A stretch of DNA of 62,031 bases from NCBI GenBank assembly GCA_001730065.1, contig MDLE01000001.1, positions 1 through 62,031 on the forward strand, given 5' to 3'. Both the position numbers and the translations under genes were made by a program. Positions 10,094 through 20,759 of this stretch are shown in pieces. How positions within the stretch are numbered: the first letter of the stretch is position 1; the number at the start of each line of letters is the position of its first letter. This DNA is from Rickettsiales bacterium (ex Bugula neritina AB1). GTDB taxonomy: Bacteria; Pseudomonadota; Alphaproteobacteria; CAJXXZ01; UBA1459. The notes below the pieces were generated by a model, which was given only the letters and a program-made list of their open reading frames with translations, did not search any database and was not told the origin of the DNA.

Positions 10094-11164
10094 ATGTCAA
10101 TGTCAAAAGATTATTATAGTGTTTTAGAAATAAATAAAAGTGCTAGTGATGAAGAAATACAAAAACAATATAGAAAACTAGTTTTTAAATATCACCCTGA
10201 TAAAAATCCTGGTAATAAAGAAGCGGAAGAAAAACTAAAAAAAATCAATGAAGCTTATGATGTATTATCTAACCCACAAAAACGTAAAAATTATGATACA
10301 ACTGGTAATCCAGAAGGTTCTCATGGATTTGGTGGTGATGGTGGTCATTATTACAGTAATATGGGTGGTTTTAATGTAGAAGATATTTTTGACATGTTTA
10401 CGGGTGGAGGAAAGAAAAACCATCAAGAAGTGAATCTTAATATTGAAAAACAATCTACTATTACCTTTAATGAATCTTATACGGGAAAAAATATTAATTT
10501 ATCTTTTGAAAAAAAATTAAAATGTGAAACCTGTAATGGTAGTGGTAGTAGATCAAATAGAAAAAGTAATTGTAGAATGTGTGCAGGTAGAGGTGTTGTA
10601 AATTCTTCTATTGGTGGTTTTTTTTCCGTAAATATTACCTGTAATAAATGTAATGGTGAAGGAAAAGAAAATATAGATCCCTGTAACAGTTGTAGAGGTA
10701 CAGGTGGTGTTTTAAAAAACGTCACTATTCAAGTAAAAATACCTGCAGGTATAGAAAATGGAAGTAAAATACGTGTAGTCGGTGAAGGACATGTGGGTGT
10801 TAATGGAGAACGTAATGGTGATTTATTTTTACATGTTTATGTTAAAAGTAGTGATAAATTTTATCGTGAAGGTCGTAATTTAATAATAAAATTACCAGTA
10901 GAACTAAGAAATATGTTATTAGGTGGTACTATTACAATTCCATTGCCAAATGGAGAAAATCATAATCTTACAATTAAAGAATGTCAAAATTTTAACAAAA
11001 ATATTATTGTAAAAAATCTTGGTTTTAAAGATATTAATAGATCTTTAACGGGAGATTTAATTATCATACCAGAAATTATAATACCTAAAAATTTAACGGA
11101 AAAACAAAAAGAAATTTTAAAACATTTTTTTGAAGAACAGGAAAAAAATAGTAGTTGGTGGTAA
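10094..11164 (+). CDS. dnaJ: Chaperone DnaJ
   Basis: J-domain with HPD, G/F region, four CxxCxGxG repeats. Confidence 0.97.
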   Translation: MSMSKDYYSVLEINKSASDEEIQKQYRKLVFKYHPDKNPGNKEAEEKLKKINEAYDVLSNPQKRKNYDTTGNPEGSHGFGGDGGHYYSNMGGFNVEDIFDMFTGGGKKNHQEVNLNIEKQSTITFNESYTGKNINLSFEKKLKCETCNGSGSRSNRKSNCRMCAGRGVVNSSIGGFFSVNITCNKCNGEGKENIDPCNSCRGTGGVLKNVTIQVKIPAGIENGSKIRVVGEGHVGVNGERNGDLFLHVYVKSSDKFYREGRNLIIKLPVELRNMLLGGTITIPLPNGENHNLTIKECQNFNKNIIVKNLGFKDINRSLTGDLIIIPEIIIPKNLTEKQKEILKHFFEEQEKNSSWW

Positions 11165-11172
11165 TATAAAAG

Positions 11173-12498
11173 ATGGTAAATCTTTACAATTTACATTTAG
11201 AGCAAATTATTTTAGGAACAATATTAAATAATAATGACGTATACGGTATAATTTTAAATAAAATTAATAAAGAAGCCTTTTATGATTTAAATCATCAGAT
11301 CATTTTTCAAGAAATCATAAATAATTTACATAGAATTGGTGTAGCAGATTATATTATTATTCGTGATAATGTCATTAAAGAAAAAGTTAAAGATGAATAT
11401 TTAATAGAAATAACAAAACAAAACACTCATGAAAGTAACATAAATGAATATGTAGATATGTTGAATCATCTTCATAAACGTAGAAAAGCTATTATAATTG
11501 GAGAAGCCTTAAGTAAAAAAGCTTATAAAGAAAATTTTTCCATCGCAGATATTCATGAATTTGAGGAAGAAATATTTGAATTATTAACAAACAATCAAAA
11601 AAACCAAACATTATCTTTTGAGGATAGTGTCAATTTTACCTTTAAAAATTTAAATAAAATGTTAGAAGAAAAACGTCATATGTCAGGAATGACTACTGGA
11701 TTTCCTCAATTAGATAACTTACTAGGTGGTTTACAAAAAGGTTCTTTAATTGTTATTGCTGCAAGAACATCTATGGGAAAAACCGCCTTTGCTACTAATA
11801 TAGCCGTTAATACATCTATGAATAAAGAATATGGAGGTGCTGTTGTTATATTTTCCTTAGAAATGCCTCAAGAACAAATTACAACACGTATTATTAGTAG
11901 TTTAAGTGATATATCCGTAAGTGATCTTTTATATGCTCGTATTACAGAAAGAGAAGTGGCAAGATGTGTGTCAAGTATGAAAAAGTTTTCTTCAACTCCC
12001 TTATATATTCATGATGCAGCAGATATAACAATTGGTGAAATCTTAACTCTCTTAAGAAATTTAAAACGAAAATATCAAATTAAATTAGTAGTTATTGATT
12101 ATTTACAGTTAATAAATAGTGGTAATGATAATTTTAATGAAAATCGTGTGAATGAAATTGGACGTATAACACGTCGTTTAAAATTAATTGCAAAAGAATT
12201 AAATATTTGTGTAATAGTACTTTCTCAGTTATCACGTTCACCTGAAAAGCGTGAAGATCCAACTCCAAAATTATCGGATTTAAGAGAATCAGGAAATATT
12301 GAACAAGATGCAGATGTGGTATTATTTGTTCATCGTGATAAATATTATAATAATGATAAACAAGATGATAGTTCAAAAAATTTACAGGAAGATAACCTAC
12401 AAAATGCAAAAATTATTGTAGGTAAAAATCGAAATGGCCGTCTTGGTATTGTTAATTTAATATTTACAGAAGAATATACACGTTTTAATAATTCATAA
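11173..12498 (+). CDS. dnaB: Replicative DNA helicase DnaB
   Basis: AARTSMGKT, FSLEM, IDYLQL, LSQLSR, SDLRESGNIEQDAD, KNRNG. Confidence 0.97.
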   Translation: MVNLYNLHLEQIILGTILNNNDVYGIILNKINKEAFYDLNHQIIFQEIINNLHRIGVADYIIIRDNVIKEKVKDEYLIEITKQNTHESNINEYVDMLNHLHKRRKAIIIGEALSKKAYKENFSIADIHEFEEEIFELLTNNQKNQTLSFEDSVNFTFKNLNKMLEEKRHMSGMTTGFPQLDNLLGGLQKGSLIVIAARTSMGKTAFATNIAVNTSMNKEYGGAVVIFSLEMPQEQITTRIISSLSDISVSDLLYARITEREVARCVSSMKKFSSTPLYIHDAADITIGEILTLLRNLKRKYQIKLVVIDYLQLINSGNDNFNENRVNEIGRITRRLKLIAKELNICVIVLSQLSRSPEKREDPTPKLSDLRESGNIEQDADVVLFVHRDKYYNNDKQDDSSKNLQEDNLQNAKIIVGKNRNGRLGIVNLIFTEEYTRFNNS

Positions 12499-13090
12499 CT
12501 TTATCTAATATAAATGGAAACACAGCTATTTCTCCTATTTTAGGATTCCTAAAAGAATATACTTCTTCTAAGTAAAGTAAATAATTTAAAAAGAAAAAAT
12601 ATTTATTTTTATTATAAACACCTAATAATATATTGGTTTTTTTCCCTAAAATAGAATAGTATACTATATTTTCATAATATCTAAATGCCGTAACAGTATT
12701 TTGAATATTAATAATATTTTTTTTTGCAATAGGTATATTTTTATTAACAAATTTTATCATTAAAAAGTACACTTCTTCTTCGATAGGTTTTGGGAAATAT
12801 TTTAAAAATTCTTTTAAGTTAATATCTAAAAAATATTTTTTATGTAATTCTTCACAAACTTTTTCATATGTAAAATTAATTTTTTTTCTATCTTCTTCAA
12901 AATTTATTAATAAAATATGTGGTAAATCTAATAAATTAATATATTTTTCTTGTGGATTAATAATAATAAATTTTTTTTTTTCTAAAGGTATTGTAGTAAT
13001 TATTTTTATATCAATATCTTTATAAATTTCATACTTTATATCTAAAGTTTTTAAGAAAGAATAAAAATATTTTTCATCTAATGAAATCAT
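12485..13090 (-). CDS. Hypothetical protein (possibly an eroded DNA polymerase III delta-like subunit)
   Basis: 201-aa ORF starting 3 nt after the clpP stop; no firm motif. Confidence 0.4.
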   Translation of the reverse strand: MISLDEKYFYSFLKTLDIKYEIYKDIDIKIITTIPLEKKKFIIINPQEKYINLLDLPHILLINFEEDRKKINFTYEKVCEELHKKYFLDINLKEFLKYFPKPIEEEVYFLMIKFVNKNIPIAKKNIINIQNTVTAFRYYENIVYYSILGKKTNILLGVYNKNKYFFFLNYLLYLEEVYSFRNPKIGEIAVFPFILDKVMNY

Positions 13091-13093
13091 ATA

Positions 13094-13720
13094 CTATAAT
13101 AGTCTATTAATTATACCGTCAATAAAACCTAATTCTATAGCTTCTGAGGGATTTAAAAACCAATCACGTTCATTTTTCAATGTATATTCTTCTAATGAAA
13201 TAGGTGTTGTTTTTTGTTTTTTTTTACGTACTAAAATAGTTTCATACATAATATTTGTTAATTGCTTTTTTAAGTAATTCATTTCTTCTGCTTGGATGGT
13301 AATGTCTGTTGTTTGTCCTTTAGCACCACCATGAGGTTGGTGGAGCATTATACGAGCATTAGGTAAACAATATACTTCTTTTCCTGCGGATAAAATCAAT
13401 GCACCAGCAGATGCAGCCATACCTACGCATATACATTTTGTAGGTGATTTAACATTTCTTATAGCATCAAAAATTGCAAGACCCGCATAAACATCTCCCC
13501 CATATGAGGTAATATATATATTTATTTCTGTCTTATTATCAATACTATCAAGATATAATAATTGTGCACTAATTTTTGCCGCTAAATTAATATCCACGTC
13601 ACCAAATATATACACAATACGTCCATTTGTTAATAGGTGTGAAAATATATCATGAGATACACGATATCCATCTGTGTTATCGGTTACAATAGGTACAACA
13701 TTTAAAACTTTTTTTTTCAT
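13094..13720 (-). CDS. clpP: ATP-dependent Clp protease proteolytic subunit
   Basis: DIFSHLL, YITSYGG, GMAASAG (Ser), MLHQP (His), ERDWFL (Asp). Confidence 0.95.
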   Translation of the reverse strand: MKKKVLNVVPIVTDNTDGYRVSHDIFSHLLTNGRIVYIFGDVDINLAAKISAQLLYLDSIDNKTEINIYITSYGGDVYAGLAIFDAIRNVKSPTKCICVGMAASAGALILSAGKEVYCLPNARIMLHQPHGGAKGQTTDITIQAEEMNYLKKQLTNIMYETILVRKKKQKTTPISLEEYTLKNERDWFLNPSEAIELGFIDGIINRLL

Positions 13721-13763
13721 TATCTATTATTATATAAAATAATTAATAAAAATTCTTTTAAAT

Positions 13764-13792
13764 TTGACAAATTTACATTAATATTTTAAAAT
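13764..13792 (+). promoter_or_regulatory. Sigma70 promoter of yajC: TTGACA-17 nt-TAAAAT
   Basis: Near-consensus boxes at canonical spacing; ATG follows 9 nt after the -10 box. Confidence 0.7.
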
Positions 13793-13801
13793 TATAACAA
13801 A

Positions 13802-14160
13802 ATGAGTGCTATTAAAAATTTAACAAAAATGGATAAAAATTCTATATCAATACCTAAAGAATTAATAAATAACTCTCCAAAAGAAGAAAATATATGGATA
13901 TTTTTGTTAAAAATATTAATTATTACATTAGGTTTTATATTATTTAAATATTTTTATGGAAATTATAAAAAAAAAGAAGAAGAAAAAGAAAATATTAAAA
14001 AATATCTTAAAGTTGGTAAAAATATTATTTATAATGGTATAGAAGCAACGATTGATAAAATTGATGAAAATAATATACGTCTTAAAATTAGTCAAGATAG
14101 TTGTATATATATAAATAAAGAATTTATGATGAATAATTTACACCTATTAAAAATTCATGA

Positions 14161-14164
<4 letters not shown>
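13802..14164 (+). CDS. yajC: Preprotein translocase subunit YajC
   Basis: Single TM, basic stretch, then LKVGKNIIYNGIEATIDKIDEN...LKIS. Confidence 0.75.
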
Positions 14165-15841
<1,677 letters not shown>

Positions 15842-16549
15842 TTATCCTTTATCTTTTATATTTCTATTAATAATATCATTAGTTATATTCTCTTGTCTTA
15901 TAGAATTATAAGTAAGTTGTAGTTTTTCCCATAATTCTTCACTATTCTTTAAAGATCGAATAGTTACATCCATCCTTTGACGTGTATCCATTATTTGTGC
16001 CTTTAACAAACATTTTTCTAAATTATAATACATCCAACAATTATTAATGTATATATTTTCAGAGTTATATTTTTTAAAATCTAAACTATTAATAACCATT
16101 GCTTCTTTATAAGGGATATGTACTATTATATTCACATATTTATCTATAAAAATTTCTTTAAATATTTCACTATTATTTTGTAATTTACCTAAAAATTTAA
16201 TATTATCATATGATTTAATAATTTCTAAACTTTTATTTCCTAATACATATATAATATCTTTATTTTTTTCAATATATTCATATAAAATATTTTTAATATT
16301 CTTATTAAAACTTCCCACAAAACCCATATCTGAAAATATAAAAATATGAATATTCTTATATTCATTATTAGGTACTTCTTTAATATTATCTAAAAAAACT
16401 TCTTTTATTTCATTAATATGATTTTTAATAATATCATAATTCTTATACAAAGAACGTATACGTGTTATAGATATATTTTTTAGAGATTTTGACATTTTAT
16501 AAATACTTTTAATTTTATCTATTTTTTTTTTAAGATTTTGTAGTAACAT
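15842..16549 (-). CDS. atpG: F1 ATPase gamma subunit (shortened, diverged)
   Basis: SDMGFVGSFN, YNSIRQENIT; lies between atpA and atpD. Confidence 0.85.
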   Translation of the reverse strand: MLLQNLKKKIDKIKSIYKMSKSLKNISITRIRSLYKNYDIIKNHINEIKEVFLDNIKEVPNNEYKNIHIFIFSDMGFVGSFNKNIKNILYEYIEKNKDIIYVLGNKSLEIIKSYDNIKFLGKLQNNSEIFKEIFIDKYVNIIVHIPYKEAMVINSLDFKKYNSENIYINNCWMYYNLEKCLLKAQIMDTRQRMDVTIRSLKNSEELWEKLQLTYNSIRQENITNDIINRNIKDKG

Positions 16550-17999
16550 AATTTTGTAAAACCTTCTTTATTTCATTGATAATTTCTTTTGTATTATCTT
16601 CTTTATTAATCATATCAATAATTTCACTGTGAAAATCTTTAATATAATTTAACAAATCTCTAATATTTTCTAAACTAATAATATAATCATTAGTAACACC
16701 ATAAATTAAAATAACTTCTTCCCATAATTCATAAGGATTACCATAGTTTTGTTTTAATAAATTATTTAATAAACGTCCTTTTTCTAATATTTGTTTTGTT
16801 TTTTCATCTAAATCCGTTGAAAATTCATGAAAATTTTCTAACTCCTCTATAGAAGCTATTTGTATTTTCATTGTTTTACATACTTCTTTCATTATTTTTG
16901 GCTGTGCGTTACCACCAATACGACTTACGGACATACCTACATTAATAGCAGGTTTAATATTTTTATTAAACAAATTTTCTTCTAAAAATATTTGACCATC
17001 AGTGATAGAAATAATATTTGTGGAAATATAAGAAGAAATATCAAAAGTTTCTACAACAGGTATTATAGTAATACTTTTACCGTGACGAAAGTTTTTTGCA
17101 AATTTACCACCTCTTTCTAATAAACGTGAGTGTAAATAAAAAATATCTCCTGGATATGCTTCACGACCACCATTACAACCTAATAACAATGAAATTTCTC
17201 GATAAGCTACTGCGTGTTTTGTAAGATCATCAAAAATTAATAATACGTCTCTACCAAGTCTTGTAAATTCTTCTGCAACACTAATTCCTACATAAGGAGT
17301 AATATATTGTTTTGCGGAAGAGTCAGAAGCATTAGAGGTAATAATTACTGTATAATTCATAGCTTTTTTATCACGTAAAATATCTTCAACACGCTTAATA
17401 TGAGAATTTTTTTGACCTATACCCACATAAATACAAATAACATCAGAATGTTTTTGATTAATAATCATATCTAGTGCCATTATACTTTTTCCAGTAGTTT
17501 TATTACCAATGATTAATTGTCTTTGTCCTTTTCCTATAGGAATTAAAGAATCTACAGCAAGAATCCCCGTTAATAAAGATTCACTAACAAAATCTCTTTT
17601 TTTTAAATCTGGTATTTCTTTTTCTAATGTTAGTTCTTTAGTTTCTGTTTTATCAACTTCATTGTTATTTAAAGATTCTAATTTATAATCTACTACATGA
17701 CCTATAATATTTTCTGTAAAATTTACATAAAACAATTTTTTAGTTCTTGTTATTACTACACTTTCTTTAACATCTCCTTCAAAAACCAGCATATTAAAAT
17801 GATCTTCTTTAAGAGATAGTACAATACCAATAATACCATTATCGCCAATTACTTTTTCTCCTAGCATAACAGTTGTTAAGCCACTTACAATACATATATT
17901 ATTCAATACAGATATAACAATACCTATATCTTCTTTAGAATTATTATTATATCTTTCAATTTGTTTTTTTATAATATTTTTCATGGTATTATAGTTCAT
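16530..17999 (-). CDS. atpA: F1 ATPase alpha subunit
   Basis: PIGKGQRQLIIG, DDLTKHAVAYREISLLL, GREAYPGDIFYLHSRLLER, SITDGQIFL. Confidence 0.97.
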   Translation of the reverse strand: MNYNTMKNIIKKQIERYNNNSKEDIGIVISVLNNICIVSGLTTVMLGEKVIGDNGIIGIVLSLKEDHFNMLVFEGDVKESVVITRTKKLFYVNFTENIIGHVVDYKLESLNNNEVDKTETKELTLEKEIPDLKKRDFVSESLLTGILAVDSLIPIGKGQRQLIIGNKTTGKSIMALDMIINQKHSDVICIYVGIGQKNSHIKRVEDILRDKKAMNYTVIITSNASDSSAKQYITPYVGISVAEEFTRLGRDVLLIFDDLTKHAVAYREISLLLGCNGGREAYPGDIFYLHSRLLERGGKFAKNFRHGKSITIIPVVETFDISSYISTNIISITDGQIFLEENLFNKNIKPAINVGMSVSRIGGNAQPKIMKEVCKTMKIQIASIEELENFHEFSTDLDEKTKQILEKGRLLNNLLKQNYGNPYELWEEVILIYGVTNDYIISLENIRDLLNYIKDFHSEIIDMINKEDNTKEIINEIKKVLQNYVTTKS

Positions 18000-18000
18000 T

Positions 18001-18375
18001 TCATTGCTCCTTTAAAATATCTTTCTTCATTTCTATCAAACGTTTTTTTAAAGATAAGTCCCACATAACAAAATTTTCTTTGTCTATAAAAATAAAGCCA
18101 TCTATGATATTTTTATATATTACTTCTATTCCTGAAGGGATTTTATTTTTCATATCCACCGCATGTATTGGTAATATTAATTTATATTTTTTAACTTTTA
18201 GTTTGTTTTCTAAATATTTTACAAAACCATATATTTTATTAACTTTACGATTTTTTATCATATATTTCATAAAAGATTTATTCTCTAATATATATGCTAA
18301 AATATTGTTTTTATCTATTTTTTCAGAAATAAAAAAATAATCATATATAATTCTGAAAAAGAATAAATCCTGCAT
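18001..18375 (-). CDS. atpH: Probable F1 ATPase delta subunit (strongly eroded)
   Basis: Immediately upstream of atpA; C-terminal IIDGFIF...WDLSLKKRL resembles the delta motif GG......DxSl..rL. Confidence 0.65.
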   Translation of the reverse strand: MQDLFFFRIIYDYFFISEKIDKNNILAYILENKSFMKYMIKNRKVNKIYGFVKYLENKLKVKKYKLILPIHAVDMKNKIPSGIEVIYKNIIDGFIFIDKENFVMWDLSLKKRLIEMKKDILKEQ

Positions 18376-18423
18376 ATTTTATGAAATATTATAACATACA
18401 TTTAAGAAAAAATCTTATTATTT

Positions 18424-19089
18424 TTATATATTCTTTTTATTTTTATTTAAAATTTTTGTAATAGGTATTTTCATAAAATAACATAAATTTTTATTATGTA
18501 AATTTTCATTAAAAACATAGAAACCATTTTTTTCTAATACACGTTTTGAAGGAATATTATGTTTTAGTACAGTAGCTTTTATTTCAATAATTTTATTTTT
18601 TTTCATTTCTTCTACATATTTATCAATATAAATATTAATTGCTTTTGTGGCAATACCTTGTGACCACATACTGGGATGAATAGAATAGGCAATATATATT
18701 GAATTTGGATCTATAGAACGATAATATGAGTCTATATAACCAAGTAGTTTATCATTTCCTTTTTCAAAAATACCTATTATTCTTAAATATTTTTGAGGTA
18801 ATTTACACCTATTATTTAAAAAATAATATTTAATATTTTTAAAAGGAATATGATTATAATTAAAACTATGATATTTTCTTACGAGAGGATTTTGATAAAT
18901 ATATATAACTTCATTTATATTTTTATTGTTGATTTCTTTTAGATAAATATTATTTATATTTATTTTTTTTCTACAAGAAAATTGAGTATTACTATTATTG
19001 TTTTTATGAGAATTATTAGAATATTTATACTGATAACTTAATAATATTAATAAAAATAAACTTATTATAAATAAAAATTTTTTCCACAT
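18424..19089 (-). CDS. RimJ/RimL-type GNAT acetyltransferase with N-terminal signal/anchor
   Basis: IAYSIHPSMWSQGIAT, NIPSKRVLEKNGF; likely start MWKKFLFIISLFLLILL at 19089. Confidence 0.85.
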   Translation of the reverse strand: MWKKFLFIISLFLLILLSYQYKYSNNSHKNNNSNTQFSCRKKININNIYLKEINNKNINEVIYIYQNPLVRKYHSFNYNHIPFKNIKYYFLNNRCKLPQKYLRIIGIFEKGNDKLLGYIDSYYRSIDPNSIYIAYSIHPSMWSQGIATKAINIYIDKYVEEMKKNKIIEIKATVLKHNIPSKRVLEKNGFYVFNENLHNKNLCYFMKIPITKILNKNKKNI

Positions 19090-19200
19090 ATTTCTTATTG
19101 TATATAATAATTCTTTTTTAAACAATAAATATTAGACATATATTGAAATTACATATAATAAAATATATTATCATATTCGTATGGTAATATAATAATAAAA

Positions 19201-20421
19201 ATGATAAGTAGAAAAATATTAATAGAAAATTTTTCCAATATTTTAGAGGGATTAAAAAAACGTAATAAATACATAGATAATATTGAAAAACTTCCAATTT
19301 ATTTAAATAATTTACAAAACATTACAACAGAAATAGAAAAATTACAAAAAAACAAAAATTTATTAACAAAGGATCAAAAAAATAAAAAACAAGTTATTGT
19401 TATCAATCAAGAACTTAAACAATTAAAAAAAGATTATGAAAAGTTTAATAATCTTGCAAAAGTTATTGAAATTGAAATTCCTAATTTATTAATAAAAGAT
19501 GTACCTGTAGGAAAAGATGCTAATTATAATGTAGAAGTAATAAAAAAATCTAAAGAATACAAACACAATATACCTCATTATAATATGAATTTAGTGTCCT
19601 CTGCTGCTTCTATTGTTACTAGTAGATTTATATATCTACAGGGAAAAATAGCCTCTTTAGAAAGAGCTTTAGGAAATTTTTTAATTAATTTCTTAGTTAA
19701 TGAAAAAAATTTCATAGAAATATCTGTACCATTGATATTATCAGAAAACTCTCTTATAAAAACAGGTCATATTCCAAAAGAAAAAGATAATATGTTTAAG
19801 ATTGAAGATAAAGATTTATATCTTATTCCTACTTCCGAATGCAGTATTTTAAATGTATTATCTAATAATTTATTTAAGGAAGAGGAGCTTCCTAAAAAAT
19901 TCACAGCTTTTTCTCAAAATTTCCGTAAAGAAGCGGGAGCAAGTGGGAAAGATTTAAAGGGATTAATGCGACTACATCAATTTCAAAAAGTTGAAATGAT
20001 TTATCTTACAAAAGATGAAGTTGCTTCTTTAGATTCTCTAGAAGAAATGAAAAAAAATTGCTGTAATGTTCTTGATTTATTAGGTTTAGAATATCGAATC
20101 ATACTATTATGCAGTGGAGATACAGGTCATACTGCTAAAATTACATATGATGTAGAATTATGGATGCCAGGTATGAAAAAATATATTGAAATTTCAAGTC
20201 TATCTTATACGGGTGTATTTCAATCTTCAGAGTTACAAATAAAATATCAATTATCCAATAAAAATAAAAAATTTTGTGAAGTTTTAAATGGTACTTTTTT
20301 TGGTTTAGGACGATTACTGGCAGGAATATTAGAAACATATTATGATGAAAAAAATAATTCTATTAATATACCAAGTGTTTTAAAAAAATATTTAAATTTT
20401 GAAAAAATTTTTTTAAAATAG
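19201..20421 (+). CDS. serS: Seryl-tRNA synthetase
   Basis: YLIPTSE, FRKEAGA, GLMRLHQFQKVE, YIEISS, LNGT. Confidence 0.97.
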   Translation: MISRKILIENFSNILEGLKKRNKYIDNIEKLPIYLNNLQNITTEIEKLQKNKNLLTKDQKNKKQVIVINQELKQLKKDYEKFNNLAKVIEIEIPNLLIKDVPVGKDANYNVEVIKKSKEYKHNIPHYNMNLVSSAASIVTSRFIYLQGKIASLERALGNFLINFLVNEKNFIEISVPLILSENSLIKTGHIPKEKDNMFKIEDKDLYLIPTSECSILNVLSNNLFKEEELPKKFTAFSQNFRKEAGASGKDLKGLMRLHQFQKVEMIYLTKDEVASLDSLEEMKKNCCNVLDLLGLEYRIILLCSGDTGHTAKITYDVELWMPGMKKYIEISSLSYTGVFQSSELQIKYQLSNKNKKFCEVLNGTFFGLGRLLAGILETYYDEKNNSINIPSVLKKYLNFEKIFLK

Positions 20422-20606
20422 ATAATTTATTAATAAAATTTTAATAAAATTATTAAAAAATAATAAATGTATGTATTTTAAGAAAACAGGGTATTATAAA
20501 TTCTTATTATACATCAAATAATTTAAATTTATTAATAATAATTATTGTAAAATTTTCTAAGAAATCTTGTTTTTATATTGTTTTTAATTTACAATTATAT
20601 TGTTAT

Positions 20607-20679
20607 TCTTTGTTAGCTCAGCAGGTAGAGCATTTGACTGTTAATCAAAGGGTCAGTGGTTCGATCCCACTACAAAGAG
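20607..20679 (+). tRNA. tRNA-Asn(GTT)
   Basis: TCTTTGT/ACAAAGA acceptor; TTTGA-CTGTTAA-TCAAA anticodon arm; TTCGATC T-loop. Confidence 0.95.
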
Positions 20680-20759
20680 TATTTTTTTAGATTTATTTTT
20701 TCTTTAGTAATTAAATAAATAATTTGATGATTAATATTTTTTAATAAAAATCAAATAAA

